From positions 111,416-175,415 of IMG/VR virus record IMGVR_UViG_3300027850_000002: 64,000 nt of DNA; one strand, written 5' to 3'. The DNA is from a virus. Numbering within the stretch: the first letter of the stretch is position 1; the number at the start of each line of letters is the position of its first letter. A program made the translations under genes and the position numbers. The notes below the pieces were generated by a model. The model was not told the origin of the DNA, searched no databases, and saw only the letters and a program-made list of their open reading frames with translations. This document shows, in pieces, positions 27,138 through 35,774 of this stretch.

Positions 27138-28532
27138 GTGGAAAATTACCTGAAGATAGCTTTCCTCGACGGAGCGCAGGATGCCCTGTCACGACATGGC
27201 CTCGCTCCCAAGCGGGAGAAATCCATGCTTCGGAAGGTGCTTCCTTGGGCAGCGGCGCTTGGCGCGGGGGCAGGGGCGTACAAATTCTTACGGACGCCAT
27301 CGTTCTCCGCGAACCCGCTCCTTCGGAAGGTGCAACAGCAAGCCGCGAGCAAGGGCTTCCACCGCATCGTCGACGTCACGCCGGACGGAACCGGCGGACT
27401 GTTTCGTCCGGTGGCCAACGCCGAAGGCAAGCTGTCTCCGTGGAACAAGCTGAAGATGTTCCTCAACGAGGGTACGACCGAAGCGATTCCGATCTCGCAC
27501 GCAGGTGACGTTCCGAAAGTCGTCGGGCACAAGGGGCCGCGTCGCGTGCAGGGCGTCACCCACGGGCGGCATGACGTCTTCGGAACCTCCGACGCCGTAC
27601 GTGGCGGCATCGACATCGAGGGGCCGCAAGAGACGATGACAGCGATGAACCGCGTATCCAAGGGCGGCAAGAAGTTCGAAGCAAACCTGTTGAACAAACA
27701 CGCTCCGGGGTCGATGCCCGAGACACATACCGACCTCGGTCAACTGTTCGAAGGTCTACCTGCCGATCGCCAGCAAGCCGTTGCGGAGCTGCAGAGCCGG
27801 GTTCTTTCAAACCACGGCGAGAACGTATTGCTGAAACCGAACCAGGGCTTGGCATCCGGAGGAAAGTTCCCTCGTGCAAACCAGGACTGGAGTTCACAGC
27901 TTCAAGCATACGATGCACACATGGCAGACCCTGCCAAACGCCAAACGTGGCGAGCAGCGAAGCAAGTCGGCGGAAACGAACTGTCGAAATACATGATCGA
28001 CAACGGATTGTATGAAGGTGGCGTTCTCCATCAGGCGCTGCGCAACCCGAAGTCGGTGCTTGCACAGAAACTGATCGAGAATCCATTGGGTGAATGGCGG
28101 GCACACACGATGGCGGGCAGCGTGCCTGCGAACATGATGTTCCCGCGTTTCTCCAAAGGACCGAAGGCCATCGCGGGCGTCATCCATCGTGACAAGGCGA
28201 TGCAGAGTTTTCTCGAGGATACGGTCGCGAAGCTGCCGCCGAAGTATCAGTCGGGGAACTACGCGTTCGATGTGATGCCACACCGCCAACCGGATGGTTC
28301 CATCGGATACAAGATTCTCGAGATGAACCCAACCGAACAAGCCACGGCGACGGCGGCGGGTGGTGGATCTGGTTTCTTGGATCCGTCCACCGTACCGTTC
28401 ACCGGACACTCGCATTACCGCGCTGCGACGGGCCGCCACACGCCGTTGGTGGCGGGCTTGGGCGGCGTCGGCGCCGCGAGTCTCGCAGGTCTCGGCACGC
28501 GCGCGCTCACTCGTGACGAGGACGAACAATAA
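27138..28532 (+). CDS. tagged, TM-flanked ATP-grasp (RimK-like) ligase
   Basis: AFLDGAQDALSRHGL tag. VLLKPNQGLASGG, LAQKLI, EWRAH, YAFDV, ILEMNP ATP-grasp motifs. Gly/Ala TM near each end. Confidence 0.7.
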   Translation: MENYLKIAFLDGAQDALSRHGLAPKREKSMLRKVLPWAAALGAGAGAYKFLRTPSFSANPLLRKVQQQAASKGFHRIVDVTPDGTGGLFRPVANAEGKLSPWNKLKMFLNEGTTEAIPISHAGDVPKVVGHKGPRRVQGVTHGRHDVFGTSDAVRGGIDIEGPQETMTAMNRVSKGGKKFEANLLNKHAPGSMPETHTDLGQLFEGLPADRQQAVAELQSRVLSNHGENVLLKPNQGLASGGKFPRANQDWSSQLQAYDAHMADPAKRQTWRAAKQVGGNELSKYMIDNGLYEGGVLHQALRNPKSVLAQKLIENPLGEWRAHTMAGSVPANMMFPRFSKGPKAIAGVIHRDKAMQSFLEDTVAKLPPKYQSGNYAFDVMPHRQPDGSIGYKILEMNPTEQATATAAGGGSGFLDPSTVPFTGHSHYRAATGRHTPLVAGLGGVGAASLAGLGTRALTRDEDEQ

Positions 28533-28992
28533 CCCCGTCGTTCATCCACCGCTGCTTGAAGCGTTGGATGGGCGTCCACCGGCGCAGTTGTCGGCGAACG
28601 CTCGGATCAGCGAGGTAGACAATGTCTTCATCCTCGTCGATCGCATGTACGACGCCGTAATGGTCGTCGTCCAAGCCAACCAGGACCACGTTGCCACGCT
28701 TCAATGCGCGCACGAGGCCTAACCAACTTAGGCGTTCGCGCGGAGCGACCCGCAGGTCACACGAACGCAAGAACCGAACGATCGGTCCCTCCGCGGTGCC
28801 TTCACTCGTGGTGCCGACTGCGTCGAGAACCTCTGTGTAACTAACGTCAGCACCGAAGAACGACGCAATCGCGTAGGTGCAGCAAGGGCCGCACGTGTAG
28901 CGCGTGAACTGAAGCTCGCGTGGAAAGTCGATGTAGCCGACAAGCACTGGGCGCCTCCGAGGCAGGTCTTCGTGAGTGTTCACGGTGATCAT
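28507..28992 (-). CDS. C39-like cysteine peptidase
   Basis: QFTRYTCGPCC, DHYGVV, VYLADP. Confidence 0.75.
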   Translation of the reverse strand: MITVNTHEDLPRRRPVLVGYIDFPRELQFTRYTCGPCCTYAIASFFGADVSYTEVLDAVGTTSEGTAEGPIVRFLRSCDLRVAPRERLSWLGLVRALKRGNVVLVGLDDDHYGVVHAIDEDEDIVYLADPSVRRQLRRWTPIQRFKQRWMNDGVIVRPRHE

Positions 28993-29366
28993 GACGGCAG
29001 CACGAAGACGGCGGACGTAAAGGTTTCGCAAACTACGACTGCGTGACCATCGCCCACGAACAGCGCGGAGCCTGCTAAAGACCGTGTGACTGTACGACCG
29101 CCCAGTTGACTCGCAGCTCCAACACGCCACGCCGTTAGCTGGAGCAAGTCCGAAGCTGTTTTGCCTGGGTACAGGTGAATGGCGTACCCGTTGGAACACG
29201 TCACGGTCGCCGTCGACACCATCGACACAGCACCACTGTCGGTAACGGCCGTGCCACCGCCGTCTATCGCTACACTGCCGGCATCAGGAAGTATTTCCTC
29301 TCGACCATCGTTCCGACCTTCGACACCGCAACCGAACATTAAAGCGAGAACCAGGACGATCTTCAT
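28989..29366 (-). CDS. lipoprotein with DAG/DGG linker
   Basis: MKIVLVLALMFG-C lipobox, PDAG/DGGG/DSG linker. Confidence 0.65.
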   Translation of the reverse strand: MKIVLVLALMFGCGVEGRNDGREEILPDAGSVAIDGGGTAVTDSGAVSMVSTATVTCSNGYAIHLYPGKTASDLLQLTAWRVGAASQLGGRTVTRSLAGSALFVGDGHAVVVCETFTSAVFVLPS

Positions 29367-29412
29367 AGAGAGCCTTTGGTTGAATGTGTATTCCGCATAC
29401 CTGTAGACACAT

Positions 29413-29444
29413 CCTTATGCCCAAATCGTAGGGCCGATTTAGAC
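29413..29444 (-). promoter_or_regulatory. putative promoter GTCTAAA-N16-GGCATAAG
   Basis: Matches the motif at 26766-26798. Upstream of the lipoprotein gene. Confidence 0.45.
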
Positions 29445-29598
29445 CGCCCCTTGACAGGGTCCAACCGACGAGGCTGCCAGCGTGCGGGTGTGGGTGTTGT
29501 GACGTCCAACCGCGGCCCGGCAGGACCGGACCCCGCTGCCCGCCCTCAAACCATCGCCAACGAGTTGCGTGCGTGTCCTCCCAACTAAGGAGGATCGA

Positions 29599-29859
29599 AT
29601 GGCAGCAGCTACCCCCCGACCGTTGTCCGGCGACGACCCGCCACGCAACGCGTTCACAACCCAGCCTGAATGGATCTCCGCTGCTCGTCTAGCGAACCTC
29701 CTGGATGTTCGCGTAGACCATCTCCGTTCTCTGGTCGCCCGGCGCGAAATCCCGTTCGGCCGGGTCGGCAGACTCGTCAGGTTTCACTGGCCGACGATCC
29801 AGCGCTGGATCGGTGAAGCAGCGGCAGCAGGCCGGGCCCCCGCCAGGGTGTCCCCGTGA
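29599..29859 (+). CDS. excisionase-like HTH DNA-binding protein
   Basis: AAGGAGG SD. WISAARLANLLDV...EIPFGRVGRLVRF. Confidence 0.75.
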   Translation: MAAATPRPLSGDDPPRNAFTTQPEWISAARLANLLDVRVDHLRSLVARREIPFGRVGRLVRFHWPTIQRWIGEAAAAGRAPARVSP

Positions 29860-30124
29860 CGTCGCGCCAGCTGAGCATGTTGAACGAGCGCGATCGCCGC
29901 TACGTCGGCGCGGACGCCTCGTTCATGATCAACATCGCGAAGCGCTGCACGAGCGTGCCATCAACGATCAGCGCGTTCGTGGCGGACGTCGTGTCCGGAT
30001 CGCCGAAGGCCGTCATGTTCTCCGAACAGAGCCGATCCCAGCGTGGGAGCAACTGACCATAGAGGAGCGATCGAACTGGTGCGCCACTGCAATGGCGGTG
30101 TTCCCACAGCTGAACGACGCGTAG

Positions 30125-30388
30125 CTACGCGTCTGCGGGCGGGTTCGCCTTCGCGAACGCCTTGAACACGCGCTTGTACTCAGCCTTGTTCTTGAGCTTG
30201 AGCTGAGCACTGCCCGCGAGATTCTGCAGCTGTTCAGCAGCAAGCTCACTGAGCACATCCATCGACGCGTCCGGATCACGGCCTTCGCTGAGGGCGGACG
30301 CGAGATCGACAGGGAGGTTGATGATGATCGGCGTCTTGCCGATCTTGGTGGTGAACTGCGCAGTGATGGTGGACTTGGTCTTAGGCAT
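30125..30388 (-). CDS. hypothetical protein
   Basis: 87-aa ORF with good codon pattern. Confidence 0.55.
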   Translation of the reverse strand: MPKTKSTITAQFTTKIGKTPIIINLPVDLASALSEGRDPDASMDVLSELAAEQLQNLAGSAQLKLKNKAEYKRVFKAFAKANPPADA

Positions 30389-30400
30389 GGCGATGTTTAT

Positions 30401-30895
30401 CTAGCAACCCGATGCAGTCGTCAACTCTTGATCCTGCCATTGCAGCTGCTTCACTTGACGTTTCACATGCGCCGCGTACTCAAGGCAGTTGAACGTTCCG
30501 CCTGCTGAGCCGTCGTGCACAGACAAGAGCAGGCTGCAGTGGTCGACCATCCACTCGTTACGTCGTTGCATCTTCCAAGGCTTGTACGGTCCCGCGGAGA
30601 CGACGTGGATCTCTTTTGCTTTGTTCAGGAGTGCTCGGTACCGCTCTTGAGAAGGCAGTGGCCAGTTCTCGCCCCACCCATCGCAAGGCAGCGCCGCGAT
30701 GAACGGTATGCCCAGCTCGACGCATGTCTCGGCTGCCCAGGTATCGACACCGAGTGCCATGCCCGAGATTGCGTAGACTGGCCAGTTCGCGCAAAGGGCA
30801 TTACGTAACGCAATACGGATGCACAATACGACGGGGTGAAGAGGGTCCCAGCCGCCCAACTTGTCTGGACGATGTCCCGTGAATGCAACAATCAC
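30401..30895 (-). CDS. YspA/DUF1273 SLOG-family protein
   Basis: AFTGHRP, ISGMALGVD.WAAE, MQRRNEWMVD, GGT.NC..YA. Confidence 0.85.
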   Translation of the reverse strand: MIVAFTGHRPDKLGGWDPLHPVVLCIRIALRNALCANWPVYAISGMALGVDTWAAETCVELGIPFIAALPCDGWGENWPLPSQERYRALLNKAKEIHVVSAGPYKPWKMQRRNEWMVDHCSLLLSVHDGSAGGTFNCLEYAAHVKRQVKQLQWQDQELTTASGC

Positions 30896-30913
30896 GCGTG
30901 GTACCGTCCGAGG

Positions 30914-31093
30914 ACGTTCACTCTCATTGCAGTTATTGTTGCCGTTGGTGTCATTGTGTGGGCGATCAACTACGCCATCCCGATGGAGCCGATGTTCAAG
31001 CGGGCGGTTACCGCGGTGGCTGTTGTATGTGTCGTACTTTACGCGCTGAAGGTCTTTGGCCTGTTCACAGGCCACATGCGTTTCCCGGGCTAA
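30914..31093 (+). CDS. Thivi_2564-like two-TM small membrane protein (start uncertain)
   Basis: LIAVIVAVGVIVWAINYAIPM...VVCVVLYALKVFGL. No canonical start codon at the expected position. Confidence 0.45.
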   Translation, partial: TFTLIAVIVAVGVIVWAINYAIPMEPMFKRAVTAVAVVCVVLYALKVFGLFTGHMRFPG

Positions 31094-31437
31094 GGCTCAT
31101 TCCGCCAGCCCGGCGGCAACCTGCAGTTCGTAGGAGCGGACTCGAACATCGGAGCGATTTCAGCTTCGGTGAAGCCTGCGAGTCCGCAACCAATCTTGAC
31201 GACCTGGAACTCCAGTTCGGGGTGTTCGTGCGCGTACGCGACGAACGTTTTGACGGACGACGCGACGTCGTCGAGAGGGCGTACACGAAGGTTCGCGTCC
31301 TTGGTCGGAATTGCGTAGGCCCTGCTGGTGCGGCCTTCGCCGACGCCGTAGACCGCGCCGTAGGTCTCGCGTGCCTCGAGCGCGGAGCCCTTGCCGTGGC
31401 GACCGGCGAGGTTGGAACCGAAGACGAAGATCTTCAA
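31090..31437 (-). CDS. macro-like phage protein (A1S_2505-type)
   Basis: IFVFGSNLAGRHGKGSA, YAIPTK, IGCGLAG. Confidence 0.75.
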   Translation of the reverse strand: MKIFVFGSNLAGRHGKGSALEARETYGAVYGVGEGRTSRAYAIPTKDANLRVRPLDDVASSVKTFVAYAHEHPELEFQVVKIGCGLAGFTEAEIAPMFESAPTNCRLPPGWRNEP

Positions 31438-31781
31438 GGTCCCGTCATCCTCACACCGTGCAGCCGCCCGACATCCCGCACCTGCTTGACCACGTTCTCC
31501 CAGTGCTTGGAGCCGCTTCGCGTCAGCTCGCCTTCGACGATCCCGGGGTGTGTCTTTTTTTCTTCGTCCAGGACGCGGTCCCAGCGCCAGCCCTGCAACG
31601 TCATCGCGAGGAACCAGGCGCTGCGTGTGAAGTCAGGGCTGCCTGTGTTCAATGCAGCGTCTGCAACTGCGTAGGCGGCGACCCGACGCCAATCCGGCGC
31701 CTCAGTCCACGGGACTGGATCGAAGTCGTGCTCGAGAGCGGCCTTCGCACACGTCGTGAAGTACTCGTCGTACGGCCTCAT
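31434..31781 (-). CDS. degenerate RyR-domain protein
   Basis: GWRWDRVLDEEKKTHP. Paralogue of the adjacent gene. Confidence 0.6.
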   Translation of the reverse strand: MRPYDEYFTTCAKAALEHDFDPVPWTEAPDWRRVAAYAVADAALNTGSPDFTRSAWFLAMTLQGWRWDRVLDEEKKTHPGIVEGELTRSGSKHWENVVKQVRDVGRLHGVRMTGP

Positions 31782-32206
31782 GCCGGGCGCGGGGTGACCT
31801 GAAGGCTCTCACGCACATTCAGCGCCGTGCTCCCCATCACTGGGTGGTTGAGCGCCATCGCAACCGAGAGCACCGTGCTCACGAACAGGAAGTCCTTTGC
31901 CTTCTGTTCTTCGGTCAGCTCGTCGTAGGGAACGAAGCACGGATGCTCCTTCTTCGTTGGGTCTTTCACCGCGCCGAACTTCCAACCGTCCGCGGCCTTC
32001 TCTGCCAACCACGACTCGTGGGCCGCGCGAGGATTGTTCCCTGCGAACACGCCGTCAACGCCGTTGATCGCGCTCTTACGCTGCCAGTCCTCGGCTGCGC
32101 TCCAGGAGGGTTGGGTGAAGTCGCCCAGGGCCCTGCAGTAAGTCGCATTAACCTCGTGCGCAGCTTCCGCGCAAATCAATCGAACCTCTTTACACGTTCG
32201 CGGCAT
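31778..32206 (-). CDS. RyR-domain protein
   Basis: HESW...GWKFGAVKDPTKKEHPCFVPYDELTEEQKAKD. Confidence 0.8.
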   Translation of the reverse strand: MPRTCKEVRLICAEAAHEVNATYCRALGDFTQPSWSAAEDWQRKSAINGVDGVFAGNNPRAAHESWLAEKAADGWKFGAVKDPTKKEHPCFVPYDELTEEQKAKDFLFVSTVLSVAMALNHPVMGSTALNVRESLQVTPRPA

Positions 32207-32807
32207 TTCGCATTCTCTCGTGGTAGGCCTTCGTCGCCGCGCTCAATTTGGCGCGTTTCTCCGGTGTACATTTTTGGGCAGCCATACTCAATTTGGCACG
32301 ATGTTCGTCGGACTGCGGTCCGAGTTTTTGTCCGCGCTTCATTAGACTGACCTTGGCGCGCACATCAGGACGCAGCATGGGGTTGCGTCCAATCAACGCA
32401 GTACGTTGTTTCGCGCGAAACGCCTCGGATCGAGGCGGACGTGTTCGTCCCGCGTTCGCCGCGCTGATCTTGGCACGTGTTTCGGCTGAAACGACTTTTC
32501 CGGGTGTGCCTTGACCGCCGTCAGTCGTGTTCGTTAACCGACAACCGATGGTACGAAAGAATTTAATCCAATACCGCTCAGCGGTCGCCCATTCCGTCAA
32601 CGGGACTTCCTGCAAAAGTAGAATGATCGGAACCATCGTCAGTCGACGGAGTACCTCTAGCCATTGAGCGCGATGGAATGTCTTGTGTTTCTCGCGCAGG
32701 TGGCAAGCGAGACGTCTCTGAAGTGTCTTGTTCGTCCAACCCACGTAACGGATCTCCCCGTCGTGGGAGTCCACTAGCACGTAGATTCGAGCAATCATCG
32801 ACTCCAT
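32190..32807 (-). CDS. GIY-YIG homing endonuclease with NUMOD3-like repeats
   Basis: IYVL...YVG.T..RR..H, ERYWI, LTN.TDGG, repeated ETRAKIS/EHRAKLS. Confidence 0.8.
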   Translation of the reverse strand: MESMIARIYVLVDSHDGEIRYVGWTNKTLQRRLACHLREKHKTFHRAQWLEVLRRLTMVPIILLLQEVPLTEWATAERYWIKFFRTIGCRLTNTTDGGQGTPGKVVSAETRAKISAANAGRTRPPRSEAFRAKQRTALIGRNPMLRPDVRAKVSLMKRGQKLGPQSDEHRAKLSMAAQKCTPEKRAKLSAATKAYHERMRNAANV

Positions 32808-32885
32808 GTTTACCTCGCAAGCAAGGCCAGGTGCAAGGGGTCTCCATGCCGGAGAGCCATCCGTCGTCGTACGGAGACACGGACA

Positions 32886-33488
32886 TCAATCAGCGTCAGA
32901 AACGCCGCAAACCACGCACACATCGTTGGAGAAACGATGAATCGCACAGGACTCAGGAGAAACGAGCGTGGAGTGTTGAGCACCGCCGAAGTCCTGTGAT
33001 GCGATGTCCGTAGGGGCGTCGAGCATGCCCATCAGCGACTTGAACCGTGTCATCTGATCGGGTCCCATACGGTCAACGACGATGCCGGCCTCCCGCAGGA
33101 AATCGGGAACATCGGCGCTCTTGCCGTAGCGGCTCTCGTAGTGCTCGTCGTAGCAGACCCTCGAGATGCCCGCATTGACGACGCGCTTGGCACAATCCCA
33201 ACACGGAGTGACCGTTACGTAGAGCGTGCAGCCCTCCGCGAAGCGGCCCGCGAAATCGATCGCGTTCGACTCGGCGTGAAGGGTTCGTACACAGTGCCCT
33301 TCGACCATCTGGCAACCAACCTCATCGCACGATGGCTGGTGTCGGGGAGCGCCGTTGTAGCCTGTGGCCACGATACGGTGCGCCGAATCGGTGATGATCG
33401 CGCCAACGTGTTTGCGAGGGCAACTTGCCCGCATCGCAGCAACGTAAGCGAAGCGCATCATGTAGGTATCCCAATCAGGGCGAGACAT
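32886..33488 (-). CDS. dCMP deaminase
   Basis: CPRKHVGA, TGYNG, HAESNAI, PCWDC. Confidence 0.9.
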   Translation of the reverse strand: MSRPDWDTYMMRFAYVAAMRASCPRKHVGAIITDSAHRIVATGYNGAPRHQPSCDEVGCQMVEGHCVRTLHAESNAIDFAGRFAEGCTLYVTVTPCWDCAKRVVNAGISRVCYDEHYESRYGKSADVPDFLREAGIVVDRMGPDQMTRFKSLMGMLDAPTDIASQDFGGAQHSTLVSPESCAIHRFSNDVCVVCGVSDAD

Positions 33489-33673
33489 CAGATGTCCTTC
33501 CGTTTGTAGGTCAAGACCAGCGTGAATTCGCCGGTGGGCTTGTATTCAACGCGGCCCGCCGCGTTGGACGTCGGCATCGCGTTCTGCGACGTTTCAATGT
33601 TGCCGAGGTCGTAGGAACTGTCCCGCAATCCTGCGGCGATGTGTTCAAGTGTCTTCACGGCATGGGCCGTCAC
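33488..33673 (-). CDS. hypothetical protein
   Basis: Coupled small ORF. Confidence 0.4.
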   Translation of the reverse strand: MTAHAVKTLEHIAAGLRDSSYDLGNIETSQNAMPTSNAAGRVEYKPTGEFTLVLTYKRKDI

Positions 33674-33981
33674 TGCGGGTGCTCCTCGAAGCCGTCGGTA
33701 GGCCGCCAACCGGCTCGTTGAAACGGTGCAGTATGCGCTTCGTCGTCTTGGGAGACGTGCATGAAACGCGGCTGTCCGTCCTTCTCACCCAGAAAGACCG
33801 AGAGCGCACGTACCCATACAATGCCGTCGGGACCTGCGTAGATGACGACAGGTGCAAGCGTTGCTTCGTCGATGCCCGTAGCGATTACGGTATAGCGGCG
33901 TCCCGTCTTCCCATGCAGCCAGCTCTGTCCAGGACAGACCTCGGATGCGTCAATCGTCTGCAACGCGTCTTCCTTCGTCAT
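33670..33981 (-). CDS. DUF1653-like protein
   Basis: H.KTG..Y.VI...E.T...VVIY...WVR....F. Confidence 0.7.
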   Translation of the reverse strand: MTKEDALQTIDASEVCPGQSWLHGKTGRRYTVIATGIDEATLAPVVIYAGPDGIVWVRALSVFLGEKDGQPRFMHVSQDDEAHTAPFQRAGWRPTDGFEEHPQ

Positions 33982-34002
33982 CCACCGTCCGTATCACGCA
34001 CG

Positions 34003-34188
34003 TCAGTCCACTGCCAACACCTTGCGTACGCACTCGCTAAATTCTTCGAAGGGATGCTCCGCGAATTTTCGACCGCACCCACCACATTGCTCTTGTTGTT
34101 GCCGTGTCTGTTCAAGACGTGCAATTGCCTTTAGAAACCGTTCATCCCATTCACGACGGAGCCGAGCGATTGGTTGCCATACACTCAC
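34003..34188 (-). CDS. small hypothetical protein
   Basis: AGGAG SD, CGGC..H..C. Confidence 0.45.
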   Translation of the reverse strand: MSVWQPIARLRREWDERFLKAIARLEQTRQQQEQCGGCGRKFAEHPFEEFSECVRKVLAVD

Positions 34189-34215
34189 GTGCGGTCTCCT
34201 AGATGGGATGTCCGG

Positions 34216-34560
34216 TCATCGGCCAGCCTTGGCCTCGTACAAAAAGAGCGGCATGCCGGTGGCCTCGTCGACGTAGGAGTAGAGGAATTTCAGATCGCCT
34301 GGATACTCGAGCGCTTTGCCGGCAGGCAACCACACGTACGAACGCTTGCGCGGTGTGGTGTCGGGATCCACTTCAAACACGAGGGCAGGCCGCGCGATCA
34401 TCTCCGCTGCGGGCGGCTGTCCCATCGACGCGGGAATGATCGAGCTGGGAGGCTCGTATCCGGTAAGGATCGTACGGAGTACTCCCGGATCTTTCACTTC
34501 AAGCGTGAACGGCGAATAACTGTCGTTGGGTGAACTCAGGACTTCGATGGCGCGCTTCAT
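34216..34560 (-). CDS. hypothetical protein
   Basis: Operonic ORF. Confidence 0.55.
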   Translation of the reverse strand: MKRAIEVLSSPNDSYSPFTLEVKDPGVLRTILTGYEPPSSIIPASMGQPPAAEMIARPALVFEVDPDTTPRKRSYVWLPAGKALEYPGDLKFLYSYVDEATGMPLFLYEAKAGR

Positions 34561-34820
34561 GGCTGCCTCATATCACGGACGACCTCGAGCAGTTCAATCC
34601 GTTTCTCAAGAGACCGTGTGCGTTCGTGGCCCCAAAATTTGATCAGTGAGGACGCAACCAAGGCGATCGCAATAACAACAGTGGACCAACGAATAGTGCG
34701 CCGTGCTTGAGCAATCGTCTCGGGTATAGACACACTCTTAGCAACGATTTCAAGAGCGCTAACCTGAAGTTTCAGATCGGCGAGACTGCGGGATACTTGT
34801 TCGACGTCTTGCGGTGCCAC
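34557..34820 (-). CDS. single-TM coiled-coil protein
   Basis: Central hydrophobic segment. Confidence 0.5.
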   Translation of the reverse strand: MAPQDVEQVSRSLADLKLQVSALEIVAKSVSIPETIAQARRTIRWSTVVIAIALVASSLIKFWGHERTRSLEKRIELLEVVRDMRQP

Positions 34821-34824
34821 AAGT

Positions 34825-35151
34825 TCACGGAGTCACAACGGCAATCTCATCGGTCTCATACGCGACGAGAAAGGCCCGTTTATACATGCTGGGTAGGCTC
34901 AGGCTGGCGGGCTGTTGTACGCGCATGTTGTCGATAATGTTTTCCATCGCCATGAGCACAACGTTGATCGCTGTTGGAACAACGATACGAACCGGATCTT
35001 GTGAAAGGGAGAGGTTGAGCGGGTCGGCGTCGGGGCGCGGTGCAGGCAGCGCGGGCACAGGCACGGACTGTGTGATCATGCCCTTCGTGGTGACCGTGAC
35101 GCCGCGCCCCGACGGGGAGCCTTTTGAACCGTGTGCTCCGCCGTTGCTCAC
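34825..35151 (-). CDS. hypothetical protein
   Basis: Operonic ORF. Confidence 0.45.
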   Translation of the reverse strand: MSNGGAHGSKGSPSGRGVTVTTKGMITQSVPVPALPAPRPDADPLNLSLSQDPVRIVVPTAINVVLMAMENIIDNMRVQQPASLSLPSMYKRAFLVAYETDEIAVVTP

Positions 35152-35774
35152 TGGCGGACCGCCCGATGTGTTGCGATCTTGTTAGGACCTGTGTACGTGG
35201 TCGTGATGTTGAATGTCGCGAACTCGCCTTGGCCCGAGCCGCCGTCGGTGGCGAGAGCTGTAGCTGCGCCCGTTCGGAACACGCGTAGCCGCGCGAATAT
35301 TTGTCCGTTCGGGTCAGTGTTGTTTGTCTGGTCCATGTAGAAGTTGCCTTGGAGAAGACCGGCGGCGACTGCGATCGCATCTCCGACACTGCCGACGACG
35401 GCGTGTGCCGTGAGCAAGTCGTCGAGGACGGCAGCGGCGATCGCGGGTGCAAGAGGAAGATCGTCGGTGTTGCGCGTCAGGATGTTGAACGACGCGACGC
35501 CGCTGACCGGGCATCGTGCAGTCACGCCGCCGACAGTGACCTCGGCGTAGCTGCTGTACTCGTGACCCACGAGAAAGCCGTTGCCTGTCGTCAAGACCGC
35601 CTGAATCTCGTAAAGCCCGACAGCCTTCAACGCGACGACAGGCGCGTAGCCCATCGGCGTGCCTTGATCGAGGATCACACAGACCGGAAGGGAATCTGCG
35701 TTCTGTGCAGCGCCCGTTCCAAAATTCGCAGTCCCAAAGGTTCCGCGGAGGGTTTCACCAAGTTTGACGTACAT
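35148..35774 (-). CDS. putative virion structural protein (Ig-like)
   Basis: NADSLP...GLYEI..., Ig-like strands. Follows the appendage genes. Confidence 0.55.
   Translation of the reverse strand: MYVKLGETLRGTFGTANFGTGAAQNADSLPVCVILDQGTPMGYAPVVALKAVGLYEIQAVLTTGNGFLVGHEYSSYAEVTVGGVTARCPVSGVASFNILTRNTDDLPLAPAIAAAVLDDLLTAHAVVGSVGDAIAVAAGLLQGNFYMDQTNNTDPNGQIFARLRVFRTGAATALATDGGSGQGEFATFNITTTYTGPNKIATHRAVRQ

Noticed and set aside
27138-28992. ATP-grasp ligase next to a C39 peptidase, suggesting a graspetide RiPP cluster
   Set aside because: The genes are convergent, not co-transcribed. No precursor peptide or transporter is visible, and the ligase has TMs and the virion-type tag.
29599-29859. Prophage integration module
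   Set aside because: Only an excisionase-like HTH is present. No integrase, att site or host genes were seen.
29813-30124. Programmed frameshift joining the two overlapping + strand ORFs
   Set aside because: No slippery sequence recognised and neither frame has a recognisable domain. Left unannotated.
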